Notes: generated by a model from the sequence alone, not told the origin. A stretch of 63,837 nt of DNA, filler included, from Lenisia limosa (GCA_001655205.1; 7 parts of 7 records of this genome joined end to end with filler, not necessarily neighbours in it), one strand, 5' to 3'; shown: positions 47,209-59,286, counted from the whole stretch's first letter. Made by a program: numbers and translations.

Positions 47209-50200
47209 TCATAGTACAGTATAACATGATGTAATATCAATAAATGTGATTACCAAGGCAATATGGTGTAAAATAAAGTAGAAAAAACAAACCAGAATCA
47301 GCTCCCTTGATTCGTTGTACGAGGAAAACATGAAGTCCTTATCAAGAGGCATAGGAAGACCAGAGAGCTCTGAGGCAAGATCCAAATTATCATCTCCAAG
47401 TAGGTCATAGAGCTGCGGCCATGTCTGAGGGAGTTTGTGAGCACTCGCCAATACGAAATTTGGTGATCATTTTCAAAAATCGAATATAATCACAAACTGA
47501 TACAATGGGTCACATAATGAATATGACATAGTATTTTCATCACGATCTCAAATTGGTGCACGCATTTCAATTAATTGAAAAAAATATCAAAGTAATTCAA
47601 CCGGTAAACTCCTCACTTTATTTGGAATACCACCTCGGCTAAAAATGTAACTCCAAAACTGAAAAAGTAAAAAAAACAAAACAACACACAATCATGTTTC
47701 CAACAGCATTTCACAGTCAGTGTAATACCCTGGTCAGGAAAAGAACAGTAAAATATCGATGATTTTCGAGGATTACTGAGAAATTCGGTGGTTTTTTCAA
47801 CCAAAGTGAAATCCGAAATATGAGCACCACCCACCGCCTGTATCACGAGGTTGATTTCACCAGCCTCGTCCTCGAGTTCCAAGGGGGCCGAGCCTTCATC
47901 CTGATGCGGCCGCTCCGCCATGGATCGGATCCACGTCAGTCGCTGCCACGCCACTCTGAGTTGTTAGAACTCTGGGTTCAGACGCTGTGATTTCGATATC
48001 TGTTCCATAATCGATGTAAAATATTATTATAACTTGTGTGAAATGTTGGGAACCAGAGGCAGGTACACATTAGAGAAGTTGGAAATGTTTGTGGCTATTT
48101 GACAGAACTGCATCATCATTTTCACATGGTTCAACTATCATTTTGCTCGCAATGATATGAAACAACATTCTAGACTTAAAAATTAACGGTAAACCACAAT
48201 AAATAGTGACATAGCGGAATACTGTTTCGTCCTGATAACTAACTACTGATAGAGTATTATTCCGTCTTGCCACACAGGTATCGTAAAGCCCCTTGACGCA
48301 ACAATGCCATGGACTTGGCAAGAAGACGAGACTTTATGCTGCTTGTTTCCAAGGTATCAAGGTGAGCAATAAACTGGGTGACAACATGCACCATCATTGC
48401 TGTATACCTGGAAACATAAATACTCTGACAAGATTGCGTACAGAATATGGAATTGGGAGAAGAGTCACTGCATATGAGAATGACTGACTACTGTCATATC
48501 TTTTTGTACGGCTTCACTTCGGTTCAAAAAGACCAGTAAAATATCGATAGTTTTCGAGGATTTGTCGAGAAATTCAGTCTTTTTTCGATCCGAAGTGAAG
48601 CCCTACATATAAGACAGAACAGAATATTCCGCCAACCAACCGATCACAAAGAAGGTCGTCTGTGGATCTATATGGATCAGATATGTAGATAAAAAATACA
48701 ACATAATCCTTGGACAAAGTAGACTATCATTACGCTATAAGAGATATTAAATAAATCAAAATTGATGTGTAAGAGATACAGATAATGCTATTGCTGTTAC
48801 TTACACTCTCCCATCAGAAGTCTAGAACATCACATTCATGATACGCACATGTATAGATCAACATACAGTTTTCCATGTGCGCGAGAATACTCCGAAAACA
48901 GACGAGAAATACCGTCAATCAGCTTCTCGGAACAATCCAGTGATGATGTTGCCTGAAAGTGGTAAAAAATACCCTGTAGTAGGACATATATAAGTACGGT
49001 TATAATAGTGCTTCCTACGGTACCAAAAAAGACTGAATTCCTCGATAAATCCTCGATAAATATCGATATTTAATGGTCTTTTCGGACCGCAGGGAAGCCC
49101 TGATTATAATTAAACGAAATTGGTAAACATTTCCCTCAAACCATTCCGCTTAAAAGGCTCTTAAACATTTCTGAAATCTCAGCATCATGAGAGGCCAAAG
49201 TTGAGAAGGGAAACAGGAAGTAAAGTGTGTATGGAAACGGTGGAACCCTCTGGGGGTACGTGTATCCCATGTAAGTGGGACGGCCTTGTTTGCCTTGTTC
49301 TAAGAAGAGCGACTTCCTGGTGTTCTGGGAGGTCAGCATTGCTAGATACCTTAATTGGTGATCCGATACTTTCTGCACTCAGTATATTACGTACACAGAC
49401 CGGGAAAAGTCTTGACTGATTTGCTATGTAACTGTACATACTTGACTAATTTACCATTTGACTTCCCAAGGAAAATCAGTCAAGACTTATCTCGGTCACT
49501 GTACAAAGCTATATGTTATACTAGAATGGCAGCGGGGGGGGGGGGATTTGCGGGATTTAAAAAGCTCGATTGTTCGGGTACAATAACCGTGGTTTGTGAA
49601 AATTGAACACAAAACAACAATATATGTTAAATAAGAGTGTTTGCAGAAATTTTTTCACGATACGTTGGTTGCACTCACAATCAAGTCGTCAGCAAATATA
49701 GTGAAAATATAATGGAAATCACAAAGAGAGCAAGGCAATCCGTTCTCTTTTTTTGGACCCTTGGTTGTACTCACAATTAAGCCGTCAGGAATGTTGACCG
49801 CTCGATGGACTTCATCGTCAAAGTCTGCTTTTGCCATACTCGCTGCCTTGTTTACCTGTTATCATGAGCCCTCGGGTTAAATGGATACATCACTCATCAC
49901 CCTTGAAATACGGGGTCAAACATCAAAATATAAAATAATTGTGTTTGCCATCCAGCATAAAAAAAAATCTCTTCACACAAACCGAATTAAAAATTACTTT
50001 CTGGAGGTCCACTAACGCACTAACATCCTTGTAAACTAAACCGTAAATGCCTTTCGGGATATGTATGAATAATCCGTTTGCCGCAACAATAATATACCCT
50101 AGAATCAAATGTAAAAATGTATTTGAGATACCACAACAAAAATGTTACCGCATATTTATCATTTCTGAAACATAGTATTACATCATATAATAACATAAGG

Positions 50201-51250
50201 AATACATACGTTGAGTAGCAGCGTTGACAACTTGTAGAGCTTCAGTACCACGTTCAGCCTTAAACAGCGAGGCAGCTGATATATAGTGCGCCCTCCCTTC
50301 TGCTCAGTGTTATTGGATGGTACATAGGAGATATGAATGCGTAGTATCTTCAAATATTTTTCGAACATTTCTTGATATGAGGAGATAGTTAATTCCACAT
50401 AACCTGAGATATTTGGTCTAAGCGATATGCTGCTTTGTGCATCAAAAGCTGCTGAAGAAAACTGAAGTAGATAAAAATAATTCAATTTTCAAAATCAACA
50501 TTGGAAACAAGAAGGAAGTTGCAGGGTACAACTTCGTTGAATTAATAATTACGACATGTTATTTAGTCAATAGTGAAACAGCAAATACCACACAACAGAC
50601 ACTCACATTTTAATTAGCTCATTGAAATACCTCTCCTGAATTAAAATTACCACACAAACCTCTCCATCATTGAAATTGTACACAGCTCTCAGGGCAAGCA
50701 CCAGTGCCTCATGGTCACAACTCCCCTCTTGGTACAGCTCTGTCGCGAAATGATATGGTGGTGATAATATAGAGAACAACAGTATTCAATAGAACGAAAC
50801 CTCGACTACCCATCTCAGAGATACAGAACGATTCATGTTCATACCTTCAGAGAGGGTTTCAATATCTGAAGGTCCAATTTTGGCCTCCAAGTAACCCTTG
50901 CAATCCCATTGATCAAGAAGACCCTGGACCTCCTAAATGATGAAAGACCTCAAACAAGATCCAAACAAAAATAACTCCAAGGTACCATCCGATGAAGGGC
51001 AGGGAAGAGAGGGAGAAGCGCCCTTTTCTGGAAACTTCTTGGTATATTTACAAAGTTAACTGAGATCCGAACACCGCACTAGCTGAGACACTAGGTGCAA
51101 AAAAAAGTTCTCTGTAGTACCAGTGTCTAGTATCATATAATATCTGTTCAGGAATTAAAAATTTGGACCCGGGATACAGGAAAACCGAAACACCAGCTTG
51201 GAACAGCCATTCTGCCATTCTAAACAGGTTATTTAAGTTGCGGTATCACA
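47209..51250 (-). CDS. Possible uncharacterised multi-exon gene(s) with MITE-containing introns
   Basis: Scattered coding-like exons with splice sites (LLDQWDCKGYLEAKIGPSDIETLSE|gtatg; ELYQEGSCDHEALVLALRAVYNFNDGE; YIIVAANGLFIHIPKGIYGLVYKD; WPQLYDLLGDDNLDLASELSGLP). I could not build a continuous model or assign a family. Confidence 0.3.
47706..47815. mobile_element. MITE, degenerate copy
   Basis: Internal AAAATATCGATGATTTTCGAGGATT..GAGAAATTC matches the family. Right end TTTTTTCAACCAAAGTGAAATCC resembles the 48509 variant. Confidence 0.65.
48509..48603. mobile_element. MITE (95 bp), TA-flanked, variant TIR GGCTTCACTTCGG/CCGAAGTGAAGCC
   Basis: TA|CGGCTTCACTTCGGTTCAAAAAGAC ... GTCTTTTTTCGATCCGAAGTGAAGCCC|TA. 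Confidence 0.85.
49008..49100. mobile_element. MITE (93 bp), internal sequence inverted relative to the 48509 copy
   Basis: TA|GTGCTTCCTACGGTACCAAAAAAGAC ... GGTCTTTTCGGACCGCAGGGAAGCCC|TG. Confidence 0.85.
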
Positions 51251-51367
51251 TATCCCATTAGCCCAGCATAAAGGCAAGTAATCGTCCTTTTGTACTGCAA
51301 GTTTAGTTGGGAAACAATGGCCTAGAACCCTCTTCCTGGTGATATTCTTCTACAAAACAAGAGGAAA

Positions 51368-52110
51368 ATGAAACTGAACATCGTCAAAGCCCAAACCAGT
51401 TCGCTTCCCCCATTTCCTGTTTTACCACCCAGACGCTCTGAGGGAGATCTTGGCGAGGGCTGCCGAAGACAATGTCGATCAGCTTACGAAGATCAGGGAG
51501 GCCATGTCTTGGAAAGTTGGCTGGAGGACAGGTTGAATATCTTGCTTCATTTTAACATTCGTTATGAATATCTGTTAATTATGTTTTTTTAATAATCAAA
51601 CGCAACTTTTATTTTTATGTTGTTATTGATGAAGCTTTGTTTCAGATTGATAGTGTTATATTGTGATGTCAACACCAGTGTGTCAATAGCTTCTCTTTCT
51701 CTTAACTATGTAGAGTACCCATTGATTCTCTCTTATCTGTTTAGTGTGTGGTGTTTGACAGGGCGTCCATGACCAAGGCTGCCCTCCTCATGAACAAAGG
51801 ACAACTAAAGGAGTGTGGTAAGTGTGGTATTTGTATGCCTAAGGAAAATGGGTGAACCAAGTTAAGAGTGAGTTGCAAAGCAAATGATGTGGTGTTATTG
51901 TTTCACTACTTTTCCCATTGCTACAGATTTCAACCCTTGTGTGTTGTCAGCCAACAGNNNNNNNNNNNNNNNNNNNNNNNNNNNNNNNNNNNNNNNNNNN
52001 NNNNNNNNNNNNNNNNNNNNNNNNNNNNNNNNNNNNNNNNNNNATTCTCTCCAACCGACGAGAACCTGTCATGGATCTTCCAGCCTGTTATATTGTTGGT
52101 GGCTAAGGCA
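51368..52110 (+). CDS. Uncharacterised coding exons
   Basis: PDALREILARAAEDNVDQLTKIREAMSWKVGWRT|GASMTKAALLMNKGQLKEC|..DFNPCVLSAN.. with GT-AG boundaries. Interrupted by an N gap; no family recognised. Confidence 0.4.
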
Positions 52111-52534
52111 TCGTTGTAGCATATGCAAAATTGTATTTTATCGTTATAAATCATCCGATATTCGAGATTGATTCTCAGTCACTTGCTCACAGCTTAGATT
52201 GAACCAACTGCTGAAGCATTGGAGCAGATTAGAGTAGACATGACAAAACAAATGTACCTTGGATATGAGGTTAGCAGTAAGGTTTTGGAGTTTATTTGCT
52301 CTCCCAAAAAAAGTCATGGGACACTGCAAAGCAGTGATGGTTTTTATTTATTTAGATCCACTTTACATCCGAATGCCCTGAACAAATCCTCAAGAACTTC
52401 GCAATTTCATGCGCCGAGTCAGGAGTGGAACATCNNNNNNNNNNNNNNNNNNNNNNNNNNNNNNNNNNNNNNNNNNNNTTAATTAATTAANNNNNNNNNN
52501 NNNNNNNNNNNNNNNNNNNNNNNNNNNNNNNNNN

Positions 52535-54696
52535 CCCAAATCAGCTCTGTTAGCAATGACTCCCTCCAACTTGATAGTTTCGCCAAAGCTTGTGGCAGGC
52601 ACGTGACCAATGATGGTTCTGGGGGGTAAAATGGACGGGTTGCAAGGAGGGCTGGAAAACCGATGTTTTTCGAGAATTTATCGAGAAATCAGTCTTATTC
52701 CGAAAAAAATGAAACCCAAGTTACAAGGGATGATCATATCTGCACGAATAATATAAAGAACAGGCACGGAGGGTATGCCGCCAAGCAATACAATTAGGGC
52801 TTCCCTACGTTGCGAAAAAGACCGTCAAAATATCGATATTTACTGGGAATATATCGAGAAATTCAGTCTTTTTTGGGACCGTTGGGAAGCCCTAAGTAAA
52901 ATCCAGATCGGAGACATTAAGATCGGTAGTTGAAAGCTTCAAGAAGTTCTGTACTGCAAAAGCTGCTTTTAAACTCCAAACCTTGGGGTATGGAGAACGA
53001 ACGTGCCCTCTACAGTGCCGTGCTCGAAGACGTTATTAAAGGGCAGCGTGAAGGACCCTAGCCACTGTCTCTCTCGCCGTTGGTGTACCACTGTAGTGTC
53101 TCGGTCATCCTGTGGGGGGGGGGAGTAAAACAAAGAAAATTTCGATGAATATTGGCGTTAAGGTACTAATCACGAAAAGAATAATCTGAAACTCCAAACA
53201 AACAGTAAAGTTGGTAAATTTATGAAACAAAAAAGCCCGGGTAGGGGGGGGGGGGGNNNNNNNNNNNNNNNNNNNNNNNNNNNNNNNNNNNNNNNNNNNN
53301 NNNNNNNNNNNNNNNNNNNNNNNNNNNNNNNNNNNNNNNNNNNNNNNNNNNNNNNNNNNNNNNNNNNNNNNNNNNNNNNNAAAGCTTACAGAGAATGAAA
53401 ATAAAAAGTTTACAGAGGATGAAAATAAACAGCTTACAGAGGATGAAAATAAAAAGCTTACAGAGAATGAAAATAAAAAGTTTACAGAGGATGAAAATAA
53501 AACTCCTTCTTACGATGAACGCACTATCAACTTATAATGATGATAAAAAAACAGCCAGCATTATCCCCCCAGAATTATCCCCCCAGTATGTACCTTGTCC
53601 AATGTACCCCCCAGGATATCCTTCATCCCACCTTGTCCAGTTCTACGATAATTTCGTCAAAGACATTAAAGTGAATTGCGTCGTTACTGCGCGCTAGCGC
53701 CTCAGGGCTGCCAAATTAAGAATAATATTCATAAATAAAACAGGAAAGTATTTCAGCTCTATTGGTTTCTCTTTGATCATTATCAGTAATGCGAAATACT
53801 GGTAATAATCATTGTAGGTAATGCTTAATACTGATAATGATCAAAGACTTAAAACAAATAGAGTTGATGTTGATAGGAACAGACCAGAATCCGACTTGTT
53901 AGGATTCTGATCTGGCCATAGGTGTAAGGTGTTTTTGCTTCACTTAAACCCCTTGTACCTGAAGTCAGCATTTTCAGGGTTGTAGGGCAGGGAGATAGTT
54001 TCATTCCATACGGGATTGGGGCCGTCTCTAAGGGGGTCAGGGTTGGGAGGGGGTGGAATTCTATTCCTGATGAAAAAAGAAAAACAAAGAAAATAACTCG
54101 TAATAGTGGAGTGGAGTGTCAATTATGAATGTCAACGAGAAAGAAAACAAAGTAGAGGCACATGATAATGCTAAATTGACATAACAGGTGGTTGAAATTA
54201 GTTGCCAAGAGAACACAAATATGTTTTAATAATAATATTAGTAATTATTATTACTCTTATAAAGACAAACTCAATATTACAGTATTACACTGATGAAATA
54301 CAGACAGATTTTGTGATCGGCGCAAACCTGACGTGCGTGCGCGCAGAGGAATTATTAATAGAAACTTCGACAAACACCGAACATGGAGGTTCGTCATCGT
54401 CTTCATTGCCACTAAAAGAGTCAAAAACCCATTGTAGTTCTTATGGCATGTGGAGAACGAAAAATTCTTTTCAACCAATAAAATTAGACCAATTGAAAGT
54501 GTTTGTCTCATAAATCCCTTTTTGACCCCACCCCCCCAACCTGAACTTGGAGCGGATCTCTCCTCCCGACGGTTTCTTTCTCACGCTCAACCCTGTGCCA
54601 CGCACAACCGAAACAACAAGGTCGCAGAAGTCCAACTGGCGAGTTGCAGCTTTTCTCTCCTTTCGCCGCGGCCGCAGTGGGTGCTTCTTTTCTAGC
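52535..54696 (-). CDS. CC2D2A: CC2D2A/MKS6 transition-zone protein, internal fragment spanning the C2 domain
   Basis: KHPLRPRRKERK..DLVVSVVRGTGLSVRK (human KRPLRPRRKGRK..LLVNIVRAYDIPVRK); VFVEVSI; DGPNPVWNETISLPY (EGPNPSWNEELELPF); DDRDTTVVHQRRERQWLGSFTLPF..VEGTF ([25 protein letters not shown]..IDGTF). Confidence 0.92.
52660..52717. mobile_element. MITE, partial right half
   Basis: CGATGTTTTTCGAGAATTTATCGAGAAATCAGTCTTATTCCG...GAAACCC matches the family interior and right end. Confidence 0.55.
52797..52892. mobile_element. MITE (96 bp), TA-flanked, in a CC2D2A intron
   Basis: TA|GGGCTTCCCTACG..GAAAAAGAC ... AATATCGATATT ... GTCTTTTTTGGGACCGTTGGGAAGCCC|TA. Confidence 0.88.
53381..53501 (+). 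repeat. 24-bp tandem repeat, 5 visible copies (array cut by an N gap), in a CC2D2A intron
   Basis: Unit AAAG(C/T)TTACAGAG(A/G)ATGAAAATAA; it produces the spurious MKIKSLQR-repeat ORF. Confidence 0.92.
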
Positions 54697-54806
54697 NNNN
54701 NNNNNNNNNNNNNNNNNNNNNNNNNNNNNNNNNNNNNNNNTTAATTAATTAANNNNNNNNNNNNNNNNNNNNNNNNNNNNNNNNNNNNNNNNNNNNACGC
54801 ATTAGA

Positions 54807-56310
54807 CGGACCAGCGGCAACCAGCCTTCGAGCCCTCGCAAGAAGACGACCACGATCACCGCGTTACCACTTATGAGGAGGCTTTCAGGAAGATCAAGGA
54901 GGCAACCGGAGTGTCGGACCCTGCTGAGGTACGCCGATCTACAGATCGTTTTATGCCTTTTTGTTTCAAATAATGCCTGAATTTTTTGATTCATCCTCGA
55001 TAGAGATTGGTTAGCCCTTTTTTTTTTGTATCAAGCTTTAGGATCATGTACATGTAGTTTAGTCATATCGGTTCTAATTGGTTCCCTACGGTCCGAAAAA
55101 CAATTGCATTTCTCGATAAAACCTCGATAAATATCGATATTTTACCAGTCTTTTTCGGACCGTAGGGGTTCTCTAAGTATCTCCCAATGGCGAACAACAT
55201 TGGTAAATATGTTTCCGTGTCCATTTGTGCAGTCTTACACCCTAGGTTATTGAGAAGTTCATGACGCAAGAAGACACACACGCCAATTTAGACGCTCTCA
55301 AGCTTGAGGCCCAGAAACGTGTCGAGCAACTCACAACTGAAAAGGTGGGAGGGGGGGGGGGTATTGGCGTGAAGTTNNNNNNNNNNNNNNNNNNNNNNNN
55401 NNNNNNNNNNNNNNNNNNNNNNNNNNNNNNNNNNNNNNNNNNNNNNNNNNNNNNNNNNNNNNNNNNNCTTTTAAGAACACGAATGAGAGAAAGAAAAAGG
55501 CAATACAAATAATACTGAGATACGTACGGCAGAATCAATGGACTTGTTATTTATTTTCAATTCCTTTTGTATCTGAGGATACTTAGCCAATATAACTCAG
55601 TTTGGTCATTACTTTAAAATCGAACAATATAATAACCTTACCCCCCACCCCCACGCAATTCCAAGCGACTCACTCCGGACAGAACGCGCACAAGGTGACG
55701 ATTGAAGAGCTGAAGTACAGCGGCGCGGCCTCCATGGGTAACCGTCGCATGGTAGACGACCTCCAGGCCCGGGCCACGTCACAATCCGCCGTGCTCGAGA
55801 GGAACAAACAGAGGTAGTGGGGCTTGTCTAAAAATGGGGTGGCATTTTGCAATAATTGACCTTTTATTGTAATTTTTTTTTTTTTTTTTTTNNNNNNNNN
55901 NGGGGGGGGGGGGACTTTCAATATAATACAATTGACATCTTGCGAGTAAACAAACATGCAAAGAAGGGCGGTGGTATTTGAAAGCAAAAGTATCTCGATG
56001 AACATGGTCGAATATTGCCAAACTATGCACAGGAGTTCTTTTTCGTAGTGACTGCGTGTGTCTACAAAGGGTCAAAAGGGGGAAATGCAAATAAATAAAA
56101 AATGTGAACAAGCTACTAACTTTTTAATATTCTGTCTCTTTAATTTGAGTCCAAAGGATTTTCTCAAAAGTCCTTTGTTTCACTCACCAGATACGAACGA
56201 GTGGCCAAAGTGGTCATGTCAGTCAAGGCCGGAGTGGAGCATTTAGCCGACACGCTGGAGCCGATCCGCTTGGACTTCCCCACCATCCCACTCAAGGATG
56301 ACACAAGTGC
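54807..56310 (+). CDS. ODAD3: Outer dynein arm docking complex subunit ODAD3/CCDC151, internal fragment
   Basis: YEEAFRKIKEATGVSD..QEDTHANLDALKLE..EELKYSGAA..SVKAGVEHLADTL (human FGKVKDATGTD..QGDTFAQLETLKSE..EDLKYSGEA..AKDSLEHLASKL). Confidence 0.85.
55078..55173. mobile_element. MITE (96 bp) in an ODAD3 intron
   Basis: Perfect 17-bp inverted repeat CCCTACGGTCCGAAAAA / TTTTTCGGACCGTAGGG around the family interior. Outer ends are degenerate; TA follows the right end. Confidence 0.88.
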
Positions 56311-56595
56311 GTGGTGTTCACTTATTTGCAGAAAGTCTCTATAAGAAATTAGGATCATAAAGAATAGACCAAAATGAGTAAAAAAAAAATTACCCAGCAG
56401 TAATAGGAATAGTTTTGGCTATATATTCTCGTTTTATGGGTCGTTTTTGCTGTTTTTTTCGGGAAATATGGGGTAATCTAGGTCCCTCTACATGATGAGG
56501 AGGGTATATCAGGGGTATAGTCGTGAAATCCACAATATTTTTCGATATTTCGGAAAAAAACTTGCATCTGGAATGAAATAAGGGGATTAGCTTTT

Positions 56596-56648
56596 GGCTA
56601 CGGTCATACTCTGGGGGTCATCGCGCATCCCGTCCGCTCTGCGAACGC
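56596..56648 (+). rRNA. 5S rRNA: 5S rRNA (or 5S-derived element), 5' half only, cut by an N gap
   Basis: GGCTACGGTCATACTCTGGGGGTCATCGCGCATCCCGTCCGCTCTGCGAACGC aligns with the eukaryotic 5S 5' half (GxxTACGGyCATAC...GATCyCGTCxGxTCT.GGAAG). Confidence 0.75.
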
Positions 56649-56709
56649 NNNNNNNNNNAAGCACATTTTCTTTCTTAAGGTCAAGTTCAAGGTAGTAAAC
56701 AGCAAGAGG

Positions 56710-59286
56710 CCCCCCACCCCACATCCTCCTCATCAGTAGCCTCCTTGAGGTTAGGAGCAGCAGCACTGAACACAGCCCATGCTACTCTAAACAGAATCTT
56801 GTATCCCTCAACAAGATACACGTCCATCACACGGAAGAGCGCCTGTGAGGGGGAGGGGTAAATGGTATATTTATGAAATATATATAAAAAAAGCCCCCCC
56901 CCCCCAAAAAAAAAAAAATCTNNNNNNNNNNTTTTTTTCTTTTTTTTTCTTTTTCTCTTTTTCTTACCCTCCACGTGATGTGCAGTTTTGGTCAGAAATT
57001 CTTTGTCTCCCTCTATTTCTAGTCGTGAAATCCGGGATATTTTTCGATATTTCGGAAAAAACTTGCATCTGGAATGAAATAGGAGGCTTAGCTTTCGGCT
57101 ACGGTCATACTCTGGGGGTCATCGCGCATCCCGTCCGCTCTGCGAACNNNNNNNNNNACTAATCGCCTCTGCAACAGTATATTCCATCACTGGCAATCTC
57201 AATGAGAGCGACTTTGAAAGCTATCGCCAATTAAATCGTCCAGACCTATAAATATTTGGATAAACTGCCTACCGCTGTTGGCAGGACCGTTGTGAAGAAG
57301 TTGGTGAACCATGGATGTGCAATATGTGCAAGACTTGTATGTAGTCTTCTCTCAAGAACTAATAGATTAAAAGAACCATTACCACAATTAGAGTGAAGCA
57401 GCAAAAGCAAAAAAGTCCGTATTATCACTGTTTCCAATCTACTGACATATTGTAGTACAGTGTACATAGTAATACAGTATAATATCACATTATATATATG
57501 TATTGTAGGTGATCCTTAGAATGGAGAAAGATAAACTGACACACCTCTGGCAGCCTCAGTAACATTTCCTCTGAGGGCCACTTTGTTGAAGGCCGAGACA
57601 AGGTATGCAGTGTGAGTGGCGCATGTTATGGAGGGAAGGTAGGCGTGTAAAGGTGCTAACAGGGGTGAGTAATTCGATAGCTATGTACCAAGAGCGGAGC
57701 TCCTGTGAGTGAATATTTACCAACCTTTAATGAGATTTGACAGACAAGCAAATGCCAAATGTTCCTCCATGTGACAAATAAAGAAAAAGGCTACAAAATG
57801 AAGTCGGCAAGTAAAACTATTATACATCTTAAATCAACGGGTTGAAATACAAGAGTAAACTCCTATCAGTTTAGAAATAACTTACCGAAAACCGGGACTA
57901 AAGGACAGAAAACAAGTTGTGGGATGGAGTGTGCTACGACACAGAGAACGCGGGAAAGGGCAGCCTAATCAGATGACACATTTAGCAAAGGAAAAATGCA
58001 CTGCCATATCTCATTCCTTCTATACCTGAGCTGCATTGGGGAGAGCAAACGTATCTTGTGGTAAAACAGTTGCACCAAAAAGTGGGGTATTGAGTGGGCA
58101 AAAATCCTGAAAACATGAAAATAGCTTACACATGAAGACACTATTAATATGGCGTGGTGATGACAAAGTATTATATCATATCATATTGATATTCGTGTTC
58201 CCTACACTACTATATGATAGTATACTAACCTCAACGAGTCCAGGTGAACCGAAGACAGTCCTGCAAGTTTAGAAAGAGGAATGATTTCATCACATACATA
58301 TATCATAGATATATATATTACTAGTATATCATATATACTATGTACATAAAAAGTAAATCTATTATCAAAATAAGGTTAATGTAATGTCTCGTTTTCTCAA
58401 AATAGTTACATTTGTATTACTACAAAGTTATTCACCAACAAAACTAGTTATTAAGTCAAAGCAGATGAGGCATAACAAAAGCATAAGTTGTGATACATAC
58501 TGACCAAAATCTTCGAAATTATTGGGAAAAAGTATAATAGAACTTGTTATGTGTGATAATTTATTGTATAACCCACTGTACAGCTTATTTGTGTGTTGTA
58601 TGCCAAGGAAGTGTTTATGTCCCACTTGAGACTTCGCTGGTAGGAGGAGCCCAATGAGTCAGAAGGGGTCACTCCACAAAGTAAAGGCCACACCTAAAAG
58701 ATATCAATAATCATCAAAAAACTATGTGATTAAACAGCTGAAAGGCACCCAAAATAATATTTAATTTTTTTAATACCATTGATCTCCTTTCTCACCTCTC
58801 CTCTCATATGACTGGGTATACCGTGGCGGCATTTATTCTTGAGCGTTTTTCCTTTCTGACAGTCAGGTATTGTATGTTTAGTTTCAGAATAATGATTACA
58901 TTGGAAGCTCCTCAACATAAATAAATGATGTTAATAAAGCAGATTTTTGTGAGAGGAAGGTTCAAAGAAACTATCCACAGCATACCCTGTGATGAGGGAA
59001 CACAGAAGGATTGATTTCGTAAGACCTCCAAAACTAATGAAAATTAAGCAATCAAGAAAGTGGTTGGTTTTTCATTCCAGGGCGTCTCATACTATCCACA
59101 AATCCACAAACAATAATATACTAAACAGACATGATGGAAGGCTTTCACTCTCAGACTCCTTCACACATTTGTCTGTCGAAAAGATATGACACTATAGCTA
59201 ACCTCTGGGACTGATAAGGCGGGTCGCTCTGGTGTGAAACGTTCCCAATAGTTCTTAGGTGGTGTAGCAAGTCGGGAAGGGCTCAT
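56710..59286 (-). CDS. TBC1D24: TBC1D24/Skywalker-like TBC protein, C-terminal part (expected TLDc domain) not seen
   Basis: ATG 59286 (MSPSRLATPPKNYW..); LKNKCRHGIPSHMRGE; ALFRVMDVYLVEGYKILFRVAWAVF (human [24 protein letters not shown]). Interrupted by 10-N gaps. Confidence 0.72.
57097..57147 (+). rRNA. 5S rRNA: 5S rRNA (or 5S-derived element), second 5' half, antisense within a TBC1D24-like intron, cut by an N gap
   Basis: Identical to the 56596 copy over 51 nt. The ~80-bp upstream flank is similar but not identical. Confidence 0.75.

Noticed and set aside
49995-50100. YIIVAANGLFIHIP as a JAB/PRTRC-like bacterial motif (horizontal transfer)
   Set aside because: Too short to support homology; no other motif of that family is visible.
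53395-53697. 100-aa ORF with MKIKSLQR repeats
   Set aside because: It is a translation of a 24-bp tandem repeat lying antisense in a CC2D2A intron.
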